DNA of 64,000 bases, from the NCBI GenBank assembly GCA_963514005.1, contig OY740797.1, positions 19,902,001-19,966,000 of the forward strand, given 5' to 3'. Below the pieces are notes generated by a model that was not told where the DNA came from, ran no database searches, and saw only the letters and a list, made by a program, of their open reading frames with translations. Positions 24,089 through 36,504 of this stretch are shown here, piece after piece. The translations under genes were made by a program, and so were the position numbers. The stretch is from Raja brachyura (lineage: Eukaryota). Positions within the stretch are counted from its first letter, which is position 1; each line of letters begins with the position of its first letter.

Positions 24089-24469
24089 TTTTCCATTGGC
24101 GAGTGTGATGTCGACGGGGCTGGGGGTCGGGCTGATCTCAGTAGTTTCCAACCTCGGTTCGATCCTGACCAGGTTTGCTGTTGCTGGAGTAACTCAGTGG
24201 GACGGGCGGTGGCTCGAGGGAGTGGGTGGCGTTTCGAGTCGAGACTCCCCTTCGGACAATCACAAGTATTCTCACCGACGAGAGTTCAGTTCAGTCTGGG
24301 GAGGGGTCTCGACCCGAAATGTCACCCATTCATTCTCTCCAGAGTCGCTGCCTGTCCCGCTGAGTTGCTGCAGCAACAGCAAACCTCGTCAGGATCGAAC
24401 CGAGGTTGGGAACTACTGCGATCAGCCCGACCCCCAGCCCCACCAACATCACACTCGCCAATGGAAAAG
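24089..24469. repeat. Long imperfect inverted repeat (fold-back) built partly from Penelope tails
   Basis: 24089-24208 is the near reverse complement of 24351-24469; pairing continues inward through GTTTCGAGTCGAGAC / GTCTCGACCCGAAAT. Confidence 0.8.
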
Positions 24470-25224
24470 CAGCAACCCGGCGAAATTGACCCAAGATCCC
24501 GCCGCCAAACAAATGCAAGGACACAAAAAGTCATACTGTACCTCCAAAAATCACAGCAGACCAAATCTACCCGCACTCCAAATTTCAAGATCTGGATGAC
24601 CATGCCCGCAAGCGTTGATCCACCATGGTGCCCGGGGCCAAGAGGCCGGAATCTCTCCATCCCCTGTCCCCCCTCCCTACCCCCCCACTCCGTCTCCCGC
24701 TGCACCTCCGTCCTTTACTCTCTCCCCCCCACTCCCCACCTCCTCCCCTCATCTCTCTCCCTCACTCCCTCCCTCCCTCTCATCTCGGCACTCCCGGAAC
24801 CACTCGGCACCAAGCAAAAACAACTGCATCTGCAACTCCCGCCGCCACCGAAGGAGAACCCTGGTCCCAAACAACTCCCAATCCACTCCTTCCACAGACG
24901 CTGCCCAGTCCCCCCAGCACTCCAGCATTCCATTTCGTCATCCATTCATTCTCTCCAAAGGCGCTGCCTGTCCCGCTGAGTTCCTCCAGCTTTTTGTGTC
25001 TATCTTCAATTTCAGTGTTAAATTAAAAACGCAGTGTGCTGGAGGAACTCAGCGGGCTAGGCGGCATCTGTGGAGGGAATAGATTAGGAGTTGTTTTGGG
25101 CCAGGGTTCTTTTTCAGTAGGAAGGATTTGAAGATCAGGCATGCTATTCTTCTGATTTAAATTGGCATTCTGCTTTTTTTTGTTTTCCTATTTGTCATTT
25201 TTTTGTTGCATGATTATTATTTGG

Positions 25225-25380
25225 CGGCCAATCAACCGCTGTTTCTAAGGGCATTGTGTCCAATCACATAATGCGCTGGTCACTCGGCGGCCAATCAGAC
25301 GCAGTCTCCGAGGCCGTTGCGGCCAATCACCGACTAGCTTCCCTTGCTGAAGCAGAAGATGGCTGCAGCCAATACTATTT
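25225..25380 (+). promoter_or_regulatory. Phased CCAAT-box array with a YY1-like motif (promoter-like)
   Basis: CCAATCA at 25228, 25260, 25291 and 25323 (spacing 32/31/32); AAGATGGC at ~25356; ACCGGAAGT (ETS) at ~25774. Confidence 0.5.
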
Positions 25381-26745
25381 CTCTGCTGTTGCACACAGTG
25401 CTAGGCAGAGACATTTCAGGTGACATTCTCTGTAAAGATTCTTTTAGCTATATGAAGTAATTTATTTCATGAAATATTTATCTTTTGGGGGTTATTTTAC
25501 TGGTTATGTGTTGGAAAAATTCTAAGCTTTTGTTATGTAAACTACCAGCAGAAAGCTTGGGAATCACTTTTAATTTATTGAAAATACAGGAGAGGAGGGA
25601 GAGGGAGGAGGAGGGGAGAGGAGAAAGGGGGAGAGAGGGGGAGAAAGGAGATGGCGAGTACTGTATTTTAATGCGTGGGATGGAAGTTTAGGAGAGTACA
25701 AATTTCATGAGGATAAACGTTTCCCGGACGCGAAGGGAGTACTGGAATATATTTCAATGTGGGGAAGTGTCATACCGGAAGTTGAGCGTTGCTAAATACA
25801 CACACACACTGAAGTGGGGGAACTGAACATGCTCCTTCCCCCATGTTGGAAGAACTCAGCGAATAGGCCAGCAACTGTGGAGGCATTGGGCGGGCGACAT
25901 TTCAGGTTGCGACCTTATTTGAAAAAGTTCCTCCAGTGCTTTTTTTTAGCTCCAGGATAAAAACAACTTTCATATCACGCTTGAAAACTACCACGCACAT
26001 CTACCTAATATGGACATTTGCGAAAATATTCCATTCACAATTTGAAGCTGCGTATCTAAAAATATGCAAATGCAATTCCAACAACATTTCAAAATCAGCA
26101 CTTCGGATTTAAAGCAGATTCGAATATTATGGGGATAATTCTAGATAGTAACATTTAATTACAGTGCATCTTTTTCCACATACTCACCATCTTCAATGTG
26201 GGAAATGGACCATGGTCCCTTTTAAATCTTGATTTTTATTTCAATTCATCAAGGAATGCCACTTAACACTTTGTCATTAAAAGATGGCTGCAGACTTTCT
26301 CGCCGAAGCTGCCATGCAAACTAAGAAGAGGAAACAAAAATAAGAAAAATCAGTGATGACAACACTTTCCTGTTATGGGATGCTGGCTCGAAGGACCGAA
26401 TGGCCTACTCCTGCACCTATTTTTCTATATTTCTATGCTGATCATAATGGAGAGATTTTAGAGATCAGGCTGCAAATTATTTTTTGAAAAGCTTAATGAA
26501 GATGAGGACACAAAGATGTGAGAATCAATGCAGGTAAATCGCTGCCTTAGGATTCTGTGGAGTTTTGCCTCAGTGGCATCGATTCTGTTAACCAAAGGGT
26601 TATGATGTGTTGCCCCATTCCAAGGACTTCAATAGGGCAATATGCTATTTAAGAATGGAAGAGTTGCTGTGCTTCCAAATGGTTGTCAAAATCGTCTGTA
26701 TTGCGGCTCTATAATAGCAAATATTTATATTTCCGCCAACATCGA

Positions 26746-27485
26746 GATTAGATTAGATTCAAACCTTTCGGTCTGAACGAAATTTCGTTACCTTGCAGTC
26801 ATAACATATAAATAAAAAACAATACACACAATAAACACATATTTAACATCCACCACAGTGAGTTCACCAGGCACCTCCTCACTGTGGTGGATGCAAAATC
26901 TTAGAGTCTCTGTTTTCTTCCCTCCTTGTTCTCCTTCTGCGCTGAGGAGATCCAGGCCTCCGATGTTGCCGTCCACCAGGCCCGCGGCCGAGATTCCGAA
27001 GCCGGGCTGCCACTGTCGCCGGAATGCCGGAACACCGCCACAGGGCCCGCCGCTGGAACGCTGGAGCACCGCAGCTCCAAAGCCAGGTCACTGCTGGAAC
27101 GTCGCTGGAGCACCGCAGCCCCGAAGCCAGGTCGCCCCTGGAGCACCACAGCCCCGATAGCCAGGCCGTCGCTGGAGCACCGCAGCCCCAAAAGCCAGTT
27201 CACCGCTGGAGCACCGCAGCCCCGAAAGCCAGGTCACTGCTGGAGCACCGCAGCCCCGAAAGCCAGGTCGCCGCTGAAGCTGGAAGGCCGCCATAGCTCC
27301 AAGGCCACCAGCTCCGCTATTAGGGCCTCAACACAGACAGAGACGGTGACAGGGGACAGGACAAGAAAAGTCACATCCCCCTGAAGGGAGAGACTAAAAC
27401 CCTGTTTCTCCCACAGCCTAATAAACCAAAATAATCACTAACACAGACACAAGAAGACAAAAATAAAATAAAAAACAGACGGACG
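26746..27485 (-). mobile_element. Non-autonomous retroposon-like repeat with an internal GC-rich minisatellite
   Basis: Both ends are shared with 54945-55790; the interior is a tandem of CTGGAGCACCGCAGCCCCGAAGCCAGGTC-like ~33-bp units (27060-27290); simple-repeat tail. Confidence 0.65.
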
Positions 27486-28103
27486 ATGACTGAATTGATG
27501 ACTGAAACTGTGATATTCGACAGCTAAGCACGAAGCCTTCCTATTACGTTAATGACGAGATTGAGTACATTCATGAACAATTTAATTGTCAATAAACACG
27601 CCAAGGAACTCGAGGTAGGGAATGGTTGACATTAAGACTTTCAATCTTTAAACATGGATTTTTCTTAGCCCATTTATGTATTGGAAAATGTTTAAATATT
27701 TGTTTTAAGTTTATACCTGATTAATCTAAAGTTTAAATATATTGATATATTTTTAATTTTAAAATGCATTAAGAAGAATTGTTTTGGCAGTTTGACCAAA
27801 TCTGCGGATTGGCTGTGAGATAACTTTTGCACATATAAATTGTGTATTTATCCAGGTTTCTAGTTCTCCTTTTTAAATATCAAGCTCTTACACTGATTCG
27901 CGGCGAATTTCCTAAATGATCTCCACAATCTCGCATCAGGACAACTGCTAGTGTTGGTTTTGCTGTGCTCCTCTTAACAAGGTCACTAGTGAGCCCTGTT
28001 CTATTGCTGCTAGACAGAAAATCAACAGCAGTATTTGCTATAGAAATGCTGAACATATTAGAAATAATTAGCATAATTGGTTGCATCCTCTGACTTAGGG
28101 AGA

Positions 28104-28612
28104 GATAGAAACATAGAAACATAGAAATTAGGTGCAGGAATAGGCCATTCGGCCCTTCGAGCCTGCACCGCCATTCAATATGATCATGGCTGATCATCCA
28201 ACTCAGTATCCCGTACCTGCCTTCTCTCCATACCCTCTGATCCCCTTAGCCACAAGGGCCACATCTAACTCCCTCTTAAATATAGCCAATGAACTAGCCT
28301 CAGCTACCCTCTGTGGCAGAGAGTTCCAGAGACCCACCACTCTCTGTGTGAAAAAAGTCCTTCTCATCTCGGTCCTAAAGGATTTCCCCCTTATCCTTAA
28401 GCTGTGACCCCTTGTCCTGGACCTCCCCAACATCGGGAACAATCTTCCTGCATCTAGCCTGTCCAACCCCTTAAGAATTTTGTAAGTTTCTATAAGATTC
28501 CCTCTCAATCTCCTAAATTCTAGAGCGTACAAACCGAGTCTATGCAGTCTTTGTTCATAAGACAGTCCTGACATCCCAGGAATCAGTCTGGTCATCCCAG
28601 GAATCAGTCTGG
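28104..28612 (-). mobile_element. CR1-A 3' fragment
   Basis: ORF 28203-28625 is the CR1 C-terminus; (TTTCTATG)n tail; 20-bp duplication at the 5' junction. Confidence 0.9.
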
Positions 28613-29044
28613 ATAAACGGATCAAGAAGCATTTATGACTTCAATAAGCAGCAACATTAAATCAGATGCACCCTGACTTGCTGATAACTTCCAGCATTCA
28701 TTTTTTTAATATCTTTAGCATCGATAGAGTTTTACTTCCATCGACTCACCCTCCCTCCCCCCACCCACCCCGCCCCCCCCACCCCAACACACACACACCC
28801 CACTTCGTGCCCATTTATATTTTGATTCTGAGCCGCTTAGGTTAAGTTGGGCCCCACGGGTGAACCGCTGAATACAACACGTAGGTTTTCAGAAGTAGGT
28901 TTTGAGATAAGAACAGAAGCACGAAGTGTTGACAAAGCAATGTTAATGTTAGTGTAAGTCTTGGCCCACCGTGGAAAAGATATTAAAGTTGCACATGCCT
29001 AGCAGATAAGTTGAGGTATATGGTAAGGTGTTATCCTGTTATAG

Positions 29045-29815
29045 GTCTAGCATTCAGCTAAATCCTGGTCCATGAGTCTCCCACGAGTGGAAACAACCTC
29101 TCCACATTCACTCTATCCAGTCGGTAAGTTTCAAAGAGGTACCCTATTATTCTTCTAATCTCCAGTGACTACAGGCGCAATGGCTTCAAACACTCACCAT
29201 ATGTTAATCCAATCATTCCGGGGATACATTTCGTAAACCTCCTCTGGACGCGCTCCAACGCAGCACTTCCTTCCTCAGATATGGGGTGCAAAACTGTTCA
29301 CATTACTCCAAATGTGGTCTGACCAGCGTTTTATAAGTCTCAGCATTACAACTCTGTTTTTGTATTCTAGTCCTCTCGAAATAAATGCATTCGACTACCA
29401 ATTCGAGTTGCAAATTAACTTTTTGGGAATCCCGCACCAGCACTCCCCAGTCCATTTGCACCTCCGATTTCTGAATTAATTTAGAAAATAGTTTATGCCT
29501 TTACACCTACTACCATGCATGTCTCGACACTTTGTCACCTTGTATTCCATCTGCCACTTCTCAGTTCACTATTCCAACCTGTCCAAGTCCGTCTGCAGAG
29601 CCCCTGCTTTGTCTACATGACCCGTTCCTCCACCTATCTTCGTAGCATCAGCAAACCTGGCCAGAAAGCTTTCAATTCCCTCAGCCAAATCATTGATATA
29701 CATTTGGCCCCAGCACCAAACTGTGCGGAACACTGCTAATCACGGGTAGCCAACCAGAAAAAAAAAAATCACTTTGCTGCCACTCTTGCCGTTCTGCCAT
29801 CCTGCTACCTGTACT
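29045..29815 (-). mobile_element. Degraded CR1-clade RT fragment
   Basis: Homologous by eye to the CR1 RT C-terminal region, with many lesions. Confidence 0.6.
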
Positions 29816-32592
29816 AGTATTATGGAAGTTATAAACAAATTACTTTAAGTTATAAACAAGTTACTTATTTCTACTTTTGCACCTTTGTATTCTTAATAAA
29901 TACATTTATATCCTTGTCGTAAACAAAATGGCGTGTGTAGCTTTAGCTAAAACGTAGCTGGAAGATTAAAAATAATAGTTTGGAATTTCAGGGCGGCGAG
30001 AGGGGAAGAGATACGAGGGGAAATGTAAAGACTGAACCAAGGTCGGAAGTTAATGGTGGCGAGACAGAGAACACTAGAATCAAAGACAGATTGGTGGAAA
30101 AGGAGGACAGCATGAAAGATAATGTAGCAGAGATAGGGCTGAAAGACTGTGATAAAAAGCTGCTTGTTTCTGTGAATCGGAGAGCAATTAGAGAACGGAC
30201 AGGTGGTGTCGTCTCTGAATGTTTCAGCTGATATTTGCAAATAAAGGCTTTCATCTTCTTGAAGGATTCTCCGTGTCTGTGTCACCTGAATTAATTCTGA
30301 GTATTGAAAACCACAACAAAATTGGCGCAGCGAGCAGAGTCGGTAAGAGACCGTTAATTTAAAGACAAACAGCCTAGGGCGCTTCCCAGCTTCTGTGGCT
30401 CCTAGGGACAACAGGAAACAGGTGGCCACCCATACAAATTATGCAGTTTTCCTCTTCATTTGGACTAATAACCTGTTGTTCATGGGAAGCCATTGGGGAC
30501 ACAGAAGTGCCTAGGTAGTTAGAAGGTCTCTCCAACCCAAGAATCTGGCACTAAATTGTTCTAAAAAGGAGGCCCGGAGGATTGTTCGAGAAGGCTGCGC
30601 TGTGTGGTGAGTAATAATATTTGTGATGAGAAAGTACAGCATTGCATTATGTGATATTATTAAGAGTGTATTAAAACCTCGTGGATACCACCCTGAGAGG
30701 TCAGGGGTTGCACGGACGAGGCAAGTATTCTGTGGATACCACCCTGAGAGGTCAGGGGTTTGTACGGGCAGAATAAAGTATTTTGTGGATACCACCTTAG
30801 GTGACTAAGGGTTTGTACGGGCAAAATACGAATTTAAGGTAAGTGGGTAACGGAAACAATGTACACAGTGATAAAATATTGTAGAAAAGTGTAAGGTTAT
30901 GTAGCAATAAGAATAGTTTAAGGTAATATAGTGACTACAAGGACGGAGGAGGTGTAAGGACTGAGTTTCTTAACTGTTTGTGGAGATAAAATTGCTGCAT
31001 TCTCTCTGCTGCTTGGTCTCTCAGCATTGTCTCTGCTGAGAGATCAAGACAAAATGTGTTCCTTTGTATGGAGATTAATGGGAGTGCGGTGTGGTCAGGT
31101 GCTGAGTGACTAGGATTTTGATTGGTTGTGATCTTAGTGGGGTGTGTTTAGAATTTGAGTGACGGTGAATATGACTAATCACGATCTGAATCAATGTCCA
31201 ATCACAGCGCTCAGGTGCCTGACTGATAGGGGATTAAGCCATCCTACTTTAACTGAAAAGGGAAATAAGAATTATATAAATGTTAATTTTGAAACTTTAA
31301 TCTGTGTAGAAAATTGCATAATTTCTTTGAAGTAAGAATGGAACGAATGTGATTTGTTTGTAAAAACCGGTTTTGAATGAATGAGGAAGTTCATATATGT
31401 GATAAGTCTTTTGTTTGTTGTAGACCACATGTTGTAAGGGTAGGTGTGTGTCTCTTTAAGAAATTGTAAGCAATGAGGGAGGTTACGAACAGCTGTAAGG
31501 TAACGATTAACTTTTTGTATCATCGCAACTTAAAAGGGGAAAGTTGGAAAATGTAGGTTGCTTGGTTTTTCTGATGTTTCTTTTATATTTCTTTGCAGTA
31601 AGTTAATTTGGAAAATTGTTACTAGTACAAGGAATTGGAAATTTAAAATAGTGATGAGAATGGATTGAAACAATTGGAAATAAGTTAATTGCTGAAACAT
31701 GACCAGTTTTTATGGTTTGTTTAGATAAACATTCTGGTTGGAGAAGGGTAAAGATTGTTTGCTGAGATTTTAAGAAAAAGTTGTGAGGAAGTGGCCCAAG
31801 GAAGGCACTTTCAAGATAAATGTGTGACAAGGTGGGAAAAGTGAAGAGGAAAGGAATTAGATGCACTTAGGCAGTTTAGAGAGAAAGGAGAGAGAGGCAG
31901 TGAGGAGGTAACAGAAGTAGGAAATGACAGGTGCAAAAGTAATAAATCAGGAGGAGTCAGTGGAAGATTTTAAAAGAAAGGTGAATAAATTTGCAAAGGA
32001 GGCTATTTTATTTACAGACTGGTGTAAATAAGGTCAGAATGAGGGGATGTATGTGTCTTGTTTGGGGAACAATGCTTCACCTTCATACCTAATAATACTA
32101 GCCCGGAGGGGTCTTTCACTAAAGCCATGGATAAGCTAAAAACATATGGAGTGAGGTTAAAAGAAACATAGGGTTCAGACATCCATTGTTTGGGTGGCTG
32201 GAGAGCATGTTGGAGGGTTGGGGAGCATAGCAGATTAAAATAGGTTTGACCATTGGGATCGTACTACTTGCAGTGGAAATCATGTAGTGCTGTGTTTTCC
32301 CCTGTATTAAGTCTCTCCTGGTGAAAGGTACTGTGAAGCAATTTCCAATGATAACAGGTGAAGACGAATCCAGCCCTCAAGGAAAGTGGACCTCGGTGAT
32401 AGAATACTACTACGATGGAGAAGAAGTGTTAGGAAAATGTTAAACGAAGTCTGTAAGGGAAGCTGGATCTTTTTTTCCTGCCTCATATAATGGGGGTGAG
32501 GTTTTGGCCCAGTTTCTCATGGAGCAAGAGAAAGAACGCTACACAGCATTACACTAACTTAATTAAAAGAGCCTGCATTTTAGGGCTCTATG

Positions 32593-33644
32593 TAGATATG
32601 TTACAAAACCTACCTTCAGCGGCGCTGCAGTTCTGTCACTGGCCGTGCGCGCGACTTTGGCGCCTTTTGGGGTGGGGGGGGGGGGGGGGGGGTGTGGGGG
32701 GGTTAAAATTCCCCTACCTTCCGGAATTATATTTTCTCGGAGTGCGAGCTTTTGCTAAAGATTCATTCCGACTGCCGGTAAGTGAAATTTTTTTTTTTTA
32801 AATAGCCCGACTATTTCAGCGCTGGAGTAAAATAAAAATTAGCTTTTAATGCCGTGAACGCCAACAACGGATTTTACGTAGGGGACAGGTAAGGAAACGC
32901 TATTTATTTTTACATATAAACTTGCTTGTTTAGATGACCTTAATCAACATTTCATGTTGCGAAACGGTGATTTATTCCCCATACGAACCGGCAGTATATT
33001 TCCTGCCGATATGGGTTAAAATTCACCGTAACCGCAACGTTTCAATCCATCGCGTTCCATAAAATCCCACTCGCAAGCTGATTTAAATGGCCATTAATTT
33101 ACAGGCATTAAACACTAAATTTCTTCAAATTGGCCTATAAATTCATAACAATGAGATTTAAAAATCATGTTATATTGTGAATTCTTGTGTGAATGTTATT
33201 TGGACACTTAGGCTTTTTAAAATATGTTAATATTTTCTTAAGAAATGGATAGATGTTTAGATCTAGTAATTGAATTTTGTAATTAGCTACAATTGGGTAA
33301 CTAACTAATTATATGCTTTAATTTCAGGTCATCCAATTAAGATTGTTTCACATTTGTTTCAGAATGCTTCAATCTATAATAACTGAAAATTTCTTTCAGT
33401 TCTCTTGATTTTTAAGAAAGTTATGGGTTTTTGACTGTCCTCCATCACAACTTGTGTGTTAAGTCAATGGAAACGCAATAGGGAACAAGATGCTAATTTC
33501 CGAGTATGAAAATGGCCATAACTTTTTTTATACTGAAGATATGAAAGTGAACTAGGTGTCAAATTAAAATTATTTTTATGCTTTATCTGATGGGATAAAT
33601 TGCAGACTTGATTTTTTAAATCTCAAAATGTTGTAACATTGCTA
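32593..33644. mobile_element. Non-autonomous TIR DNA transposon
   Basis: Imperfect TIRs TAGATATGTTACAA / TTGTAACATTGCTA; 7-bp duplication CTCTATG at 32586-32592 and 33645-33651; no ORF. Confidence 0.75.
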
Positions 33645-33679
33645 CTCTATGGGTGATTTGACCTGGGGAGTGAGCAGAC

Positions 33680-34966
33680 AAATATCCACAGGTACTTAAG
33701 TCAGCAGGGATGCACATGGGAGTTCAACCCCCCCTCACGCTTCATACATGGGAGGGGCCTGGGAACGTTTGATTGGCATCTCACGCAGAATCCTGGACTC
33801 CATGTTGCTACAGCGGAAGTCACTCCACCTCACTCACGAAGCCCTTTGTACCCTCATGGCTGAAGTATCAACAATCATCAATGCTAGACCATTAGTGCCA
33901 ATCTCTTCTGATCCGGACTCACCATTCCTCCTAACTCCTGCAATGCTGCTTACCCAGAAGTCCGGCGAACCGCTCCTCCAAGCCATTTCACAGGGGAAGA
34001 CCTCTTCAAGAGCCAATGGAGGCAGGTACAAACCTTGGCCAATGTGTTCTGGTTTCGCTGGAGACGGTACTTGCCAACTCTGCAGAGCAGATGTAAATGG
34101 AATGAGACATGCAGAGATCTGCAAACTGGAGACATTGTGCTTTTGAAAGACAGCCAGCTGTCCCGTAACGAATGGCCTATGGGATTAGTTACCTCTGTTT
34201 TCCCAAGCAGTGATGGCAAAGTGCGGAAGATAGAGGTCAGGACAGCTTCTCAAGGCACCTCTAAGAGCTACATGAGACTTGTCTCTGAGGTCATTTTTCT
34301 CCTTCCTGAGAGACACGGATCCTGAAGTTACTTTAGCGGATGTTCGTAGTGGCATCTATCGATGTCACGTGGGGAGTATTCTGTCCTCTGCTGGAATTTA
34401 TGTGCAATTGCGCCATCTGTTGGACTTTTATTGTGGAAGGTCAGTTGAGCACAGGAAGCAGGAAGTAGTCTCCTGTCTTTGTTTTTCTGTCATGCTCAGC
34501 AGCAGAAGCAATCCGTCCCAATCCTAGCTTGCTACGCTTAAGAAAGCAATGGCTGTAAGTTTATATAGTTCACTGTATGCTTGGAATGCTATATTAGAGA
34601 ATATTTATGGCAGATGATTAACTCATTTCATTAACTTCATAGCATTTGTGAATGTTAGGTTGTTAGCAGGTGGCCATTTTATAGCACCTTAACATACAAG
34701 GAATAGGATTTGCTTTGATTGATAATAGGATTGTTTATTATATATTTGCCCTATATGTTCCACTGTTTAGAAGATTTGTATATTTCTATAAAGGAGAGTA
34801 ATTTGTGTATCTTTCTTCTCCTTAATAGTTTTCACTCGTTTTTCAATATTAAGAATGACAGCACTAGAAAATCATTAAACTTAAGAGAAGAGATGCTAAC
34901 TTCCTGACTCGCGTCTGTATTATTGAATCGAGTTTGGCTGGCTGTCAATCTTTGTTCTACTTAACA
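33680..34966 (+). mobile_element. BEL/Pao LTR retrotransposon 3' fragment (integrase C-terminus plus probable LTR)
   Basis: WEFNPPHAS.MGGAWERLIG...INARPL...LTP and FWFRWRRYLPTLQSRCKW...GDIVLLKD...WPMG...DGKVR are BEL/Pao integrase-tail motifs; GGGGAG PPT at ~34371. Confidence 0.85.
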
Positions 34967-35689
34967 ATCACATAGGGAGGACAGTTACACTTTGTCTTTT
35001 GAGGCTCGGTGGAGTCTCAGAGGAGGGAGTTATATGGAAGTTATAAACAAGTTACTTTAAGTTATAAACAAGTTACTTATTTCTACTTTTGCACCTTTGT
35101 ATTCTTAATAAATACATTTATATCCTTGTATTAAACAAATGGTGTGTGTAGCTTTAGCTAAAACGTAGCTGGGAGATTAAAAGTAATAGTTTGGAATTTC
35201 AGGGTGGTGAGAGAGGAAAAGATATGAGGGGAAATGTAAAGACTGAACCAAGGTTGGAAGTTAATGGTGGCGAGACAGAGAACACTAGAATCAAAGACAG
35301 ATGGTGCAAAAGGAGTACAGCATGAAAGATAATGTAGCAGAGATAGGGCTGTGATAAAAAGCTGCTTGTTTCTGTGAATCGGAGAGCAATTAGAGAACGG
35401 ACAGGTGGTGTCGTCTCTGAATGTTTCAGCTGATATTTGCAAATAAAGGCTTTCGTCTTCTTGAAGAATTCTCCGTGTCTGTGTCACCTGAATTAATTCT
35501 GAGTATTGAAAGCCACAACAATATCTTTCATGTCATATCATGCAGTCTCATTTTTTTTAGCAGCCTTGCATGCTGCACTTTATCAAAGCCCTTCTGAAAT
35601 TTGAGGTAAACCACATCCGCTGAGTTTTCATGTCTATCCTGCTATTTCTTTCTTCAAAGAATCCTAACAGGCAAAATATCCCTTTCACA

Positions 35690-36265
35690 AGCAGGTGGCA
35701 CCGAACAATGACTGCCTCTGCCAACGGACTGTCTCGTCTTTTTCTTCTTTGTTGTTTTTAGTCTGTTGTTAAATGTATGTGTTAGTGTACCTTTAGTTTT
35801 GTATTATGTGGGGGGTGGGGGAATTTTTTATCTATTCCCTCCACAGAGATGCGACTTTTTTTTGTATGGTATCTCCCGCACTGCGGCCTAACATCGTGAC
35901 GCTGGTGGCCTCATGCTGGGGATCGACATCGGGAGCTCCAACCACGGGATCCTGCGGACTTAACATCATGGAGCTCGCAGTCCCTGGTTAGGGACCGACT
36001 TCGGGAGCTCCAAACCACAGGAGCTTCGATCGCACCAACTGTGAATGGTTCTACTGCCCCAACCACGGGAGGAAGGGAGAAGAGATGATAACACTTTATT
36101 GCCTTCCATCACAGTGGGGAATGTGGTGGAGCCACTGTGGTGGATGTTTATGTTAATTTTTATGTTGTTGTGTGTCTTGTTGCTTTTTTTGGTATGACTG
36201 TATGGCAAAATCAATTATTTGTATGTTGCAAAACGCACTTGGCTAATAAATTAATTACGATCAAA
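35690..36265 (+). mobile_element. Non-autonomous retroposon-like repeat
   Basis: 3' part is the reverse complement of 53037-53230; related to 26746 and 54945. Confidence 0.55.
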
Positions 36266-36504
36266 ATTATGCCGACAATGGCCCATTTTAGAATGTGGCC
36301 AGGGTGCTGTGGGAGTGGTGCGATGATTTTAGCCACCTCCTTGGGGAAGAGCTACATGTGGATCTATTAAATTGTGGGAAAGTCAATATGCTCAATGAAA
36401 TAGTTAATGTCCTACAGTTTCTGCAGACTCGATCATTCTTGGGTGATGCAATTGTTAAGTGTAGATTGCATCTTACAACTGCAGTAGTTCAGACACATGC
36501 AGAA

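Larger units (their letters stand above)
29819..35520 (+). mobile_element. Non-autonomous ERV-like LTR element with nested insertions
   Basis: ~500-bp direct repeats 29819-30318 and 35031-35520 ending CCACAACA; PBS TGGCGCAGCGAGCAG (30323-30337, tRNA-Ser(UGA)-like); PPT AGAGGAGGGAG before the 3' LTR; no intact gag/pol/env. Confidence 0.8.

Noticed and set aside
23912-24979. 355-aa ORF and overlapping ORFs in the GC-rich block
   Set aside because: Low-complexity G/C runs and repeat fragments, open in several frames, no recognisable domain
27050-27290. CRISPR-like array
   Set aside because: Degenerate tandem minisatellite without unique spacers, inside a eukaryotic repeat, with no cas genes
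29947-30429. 160-aa ORF repeated at 35158-35487
   Set aside because: Lies within the LTRs, is not preserved in frame between them and has no domain signature
30681-30825. CRISPR-like repeat-spacer pattern
   Set aside because: Only three units with related spacers, located in an LTR-element leader
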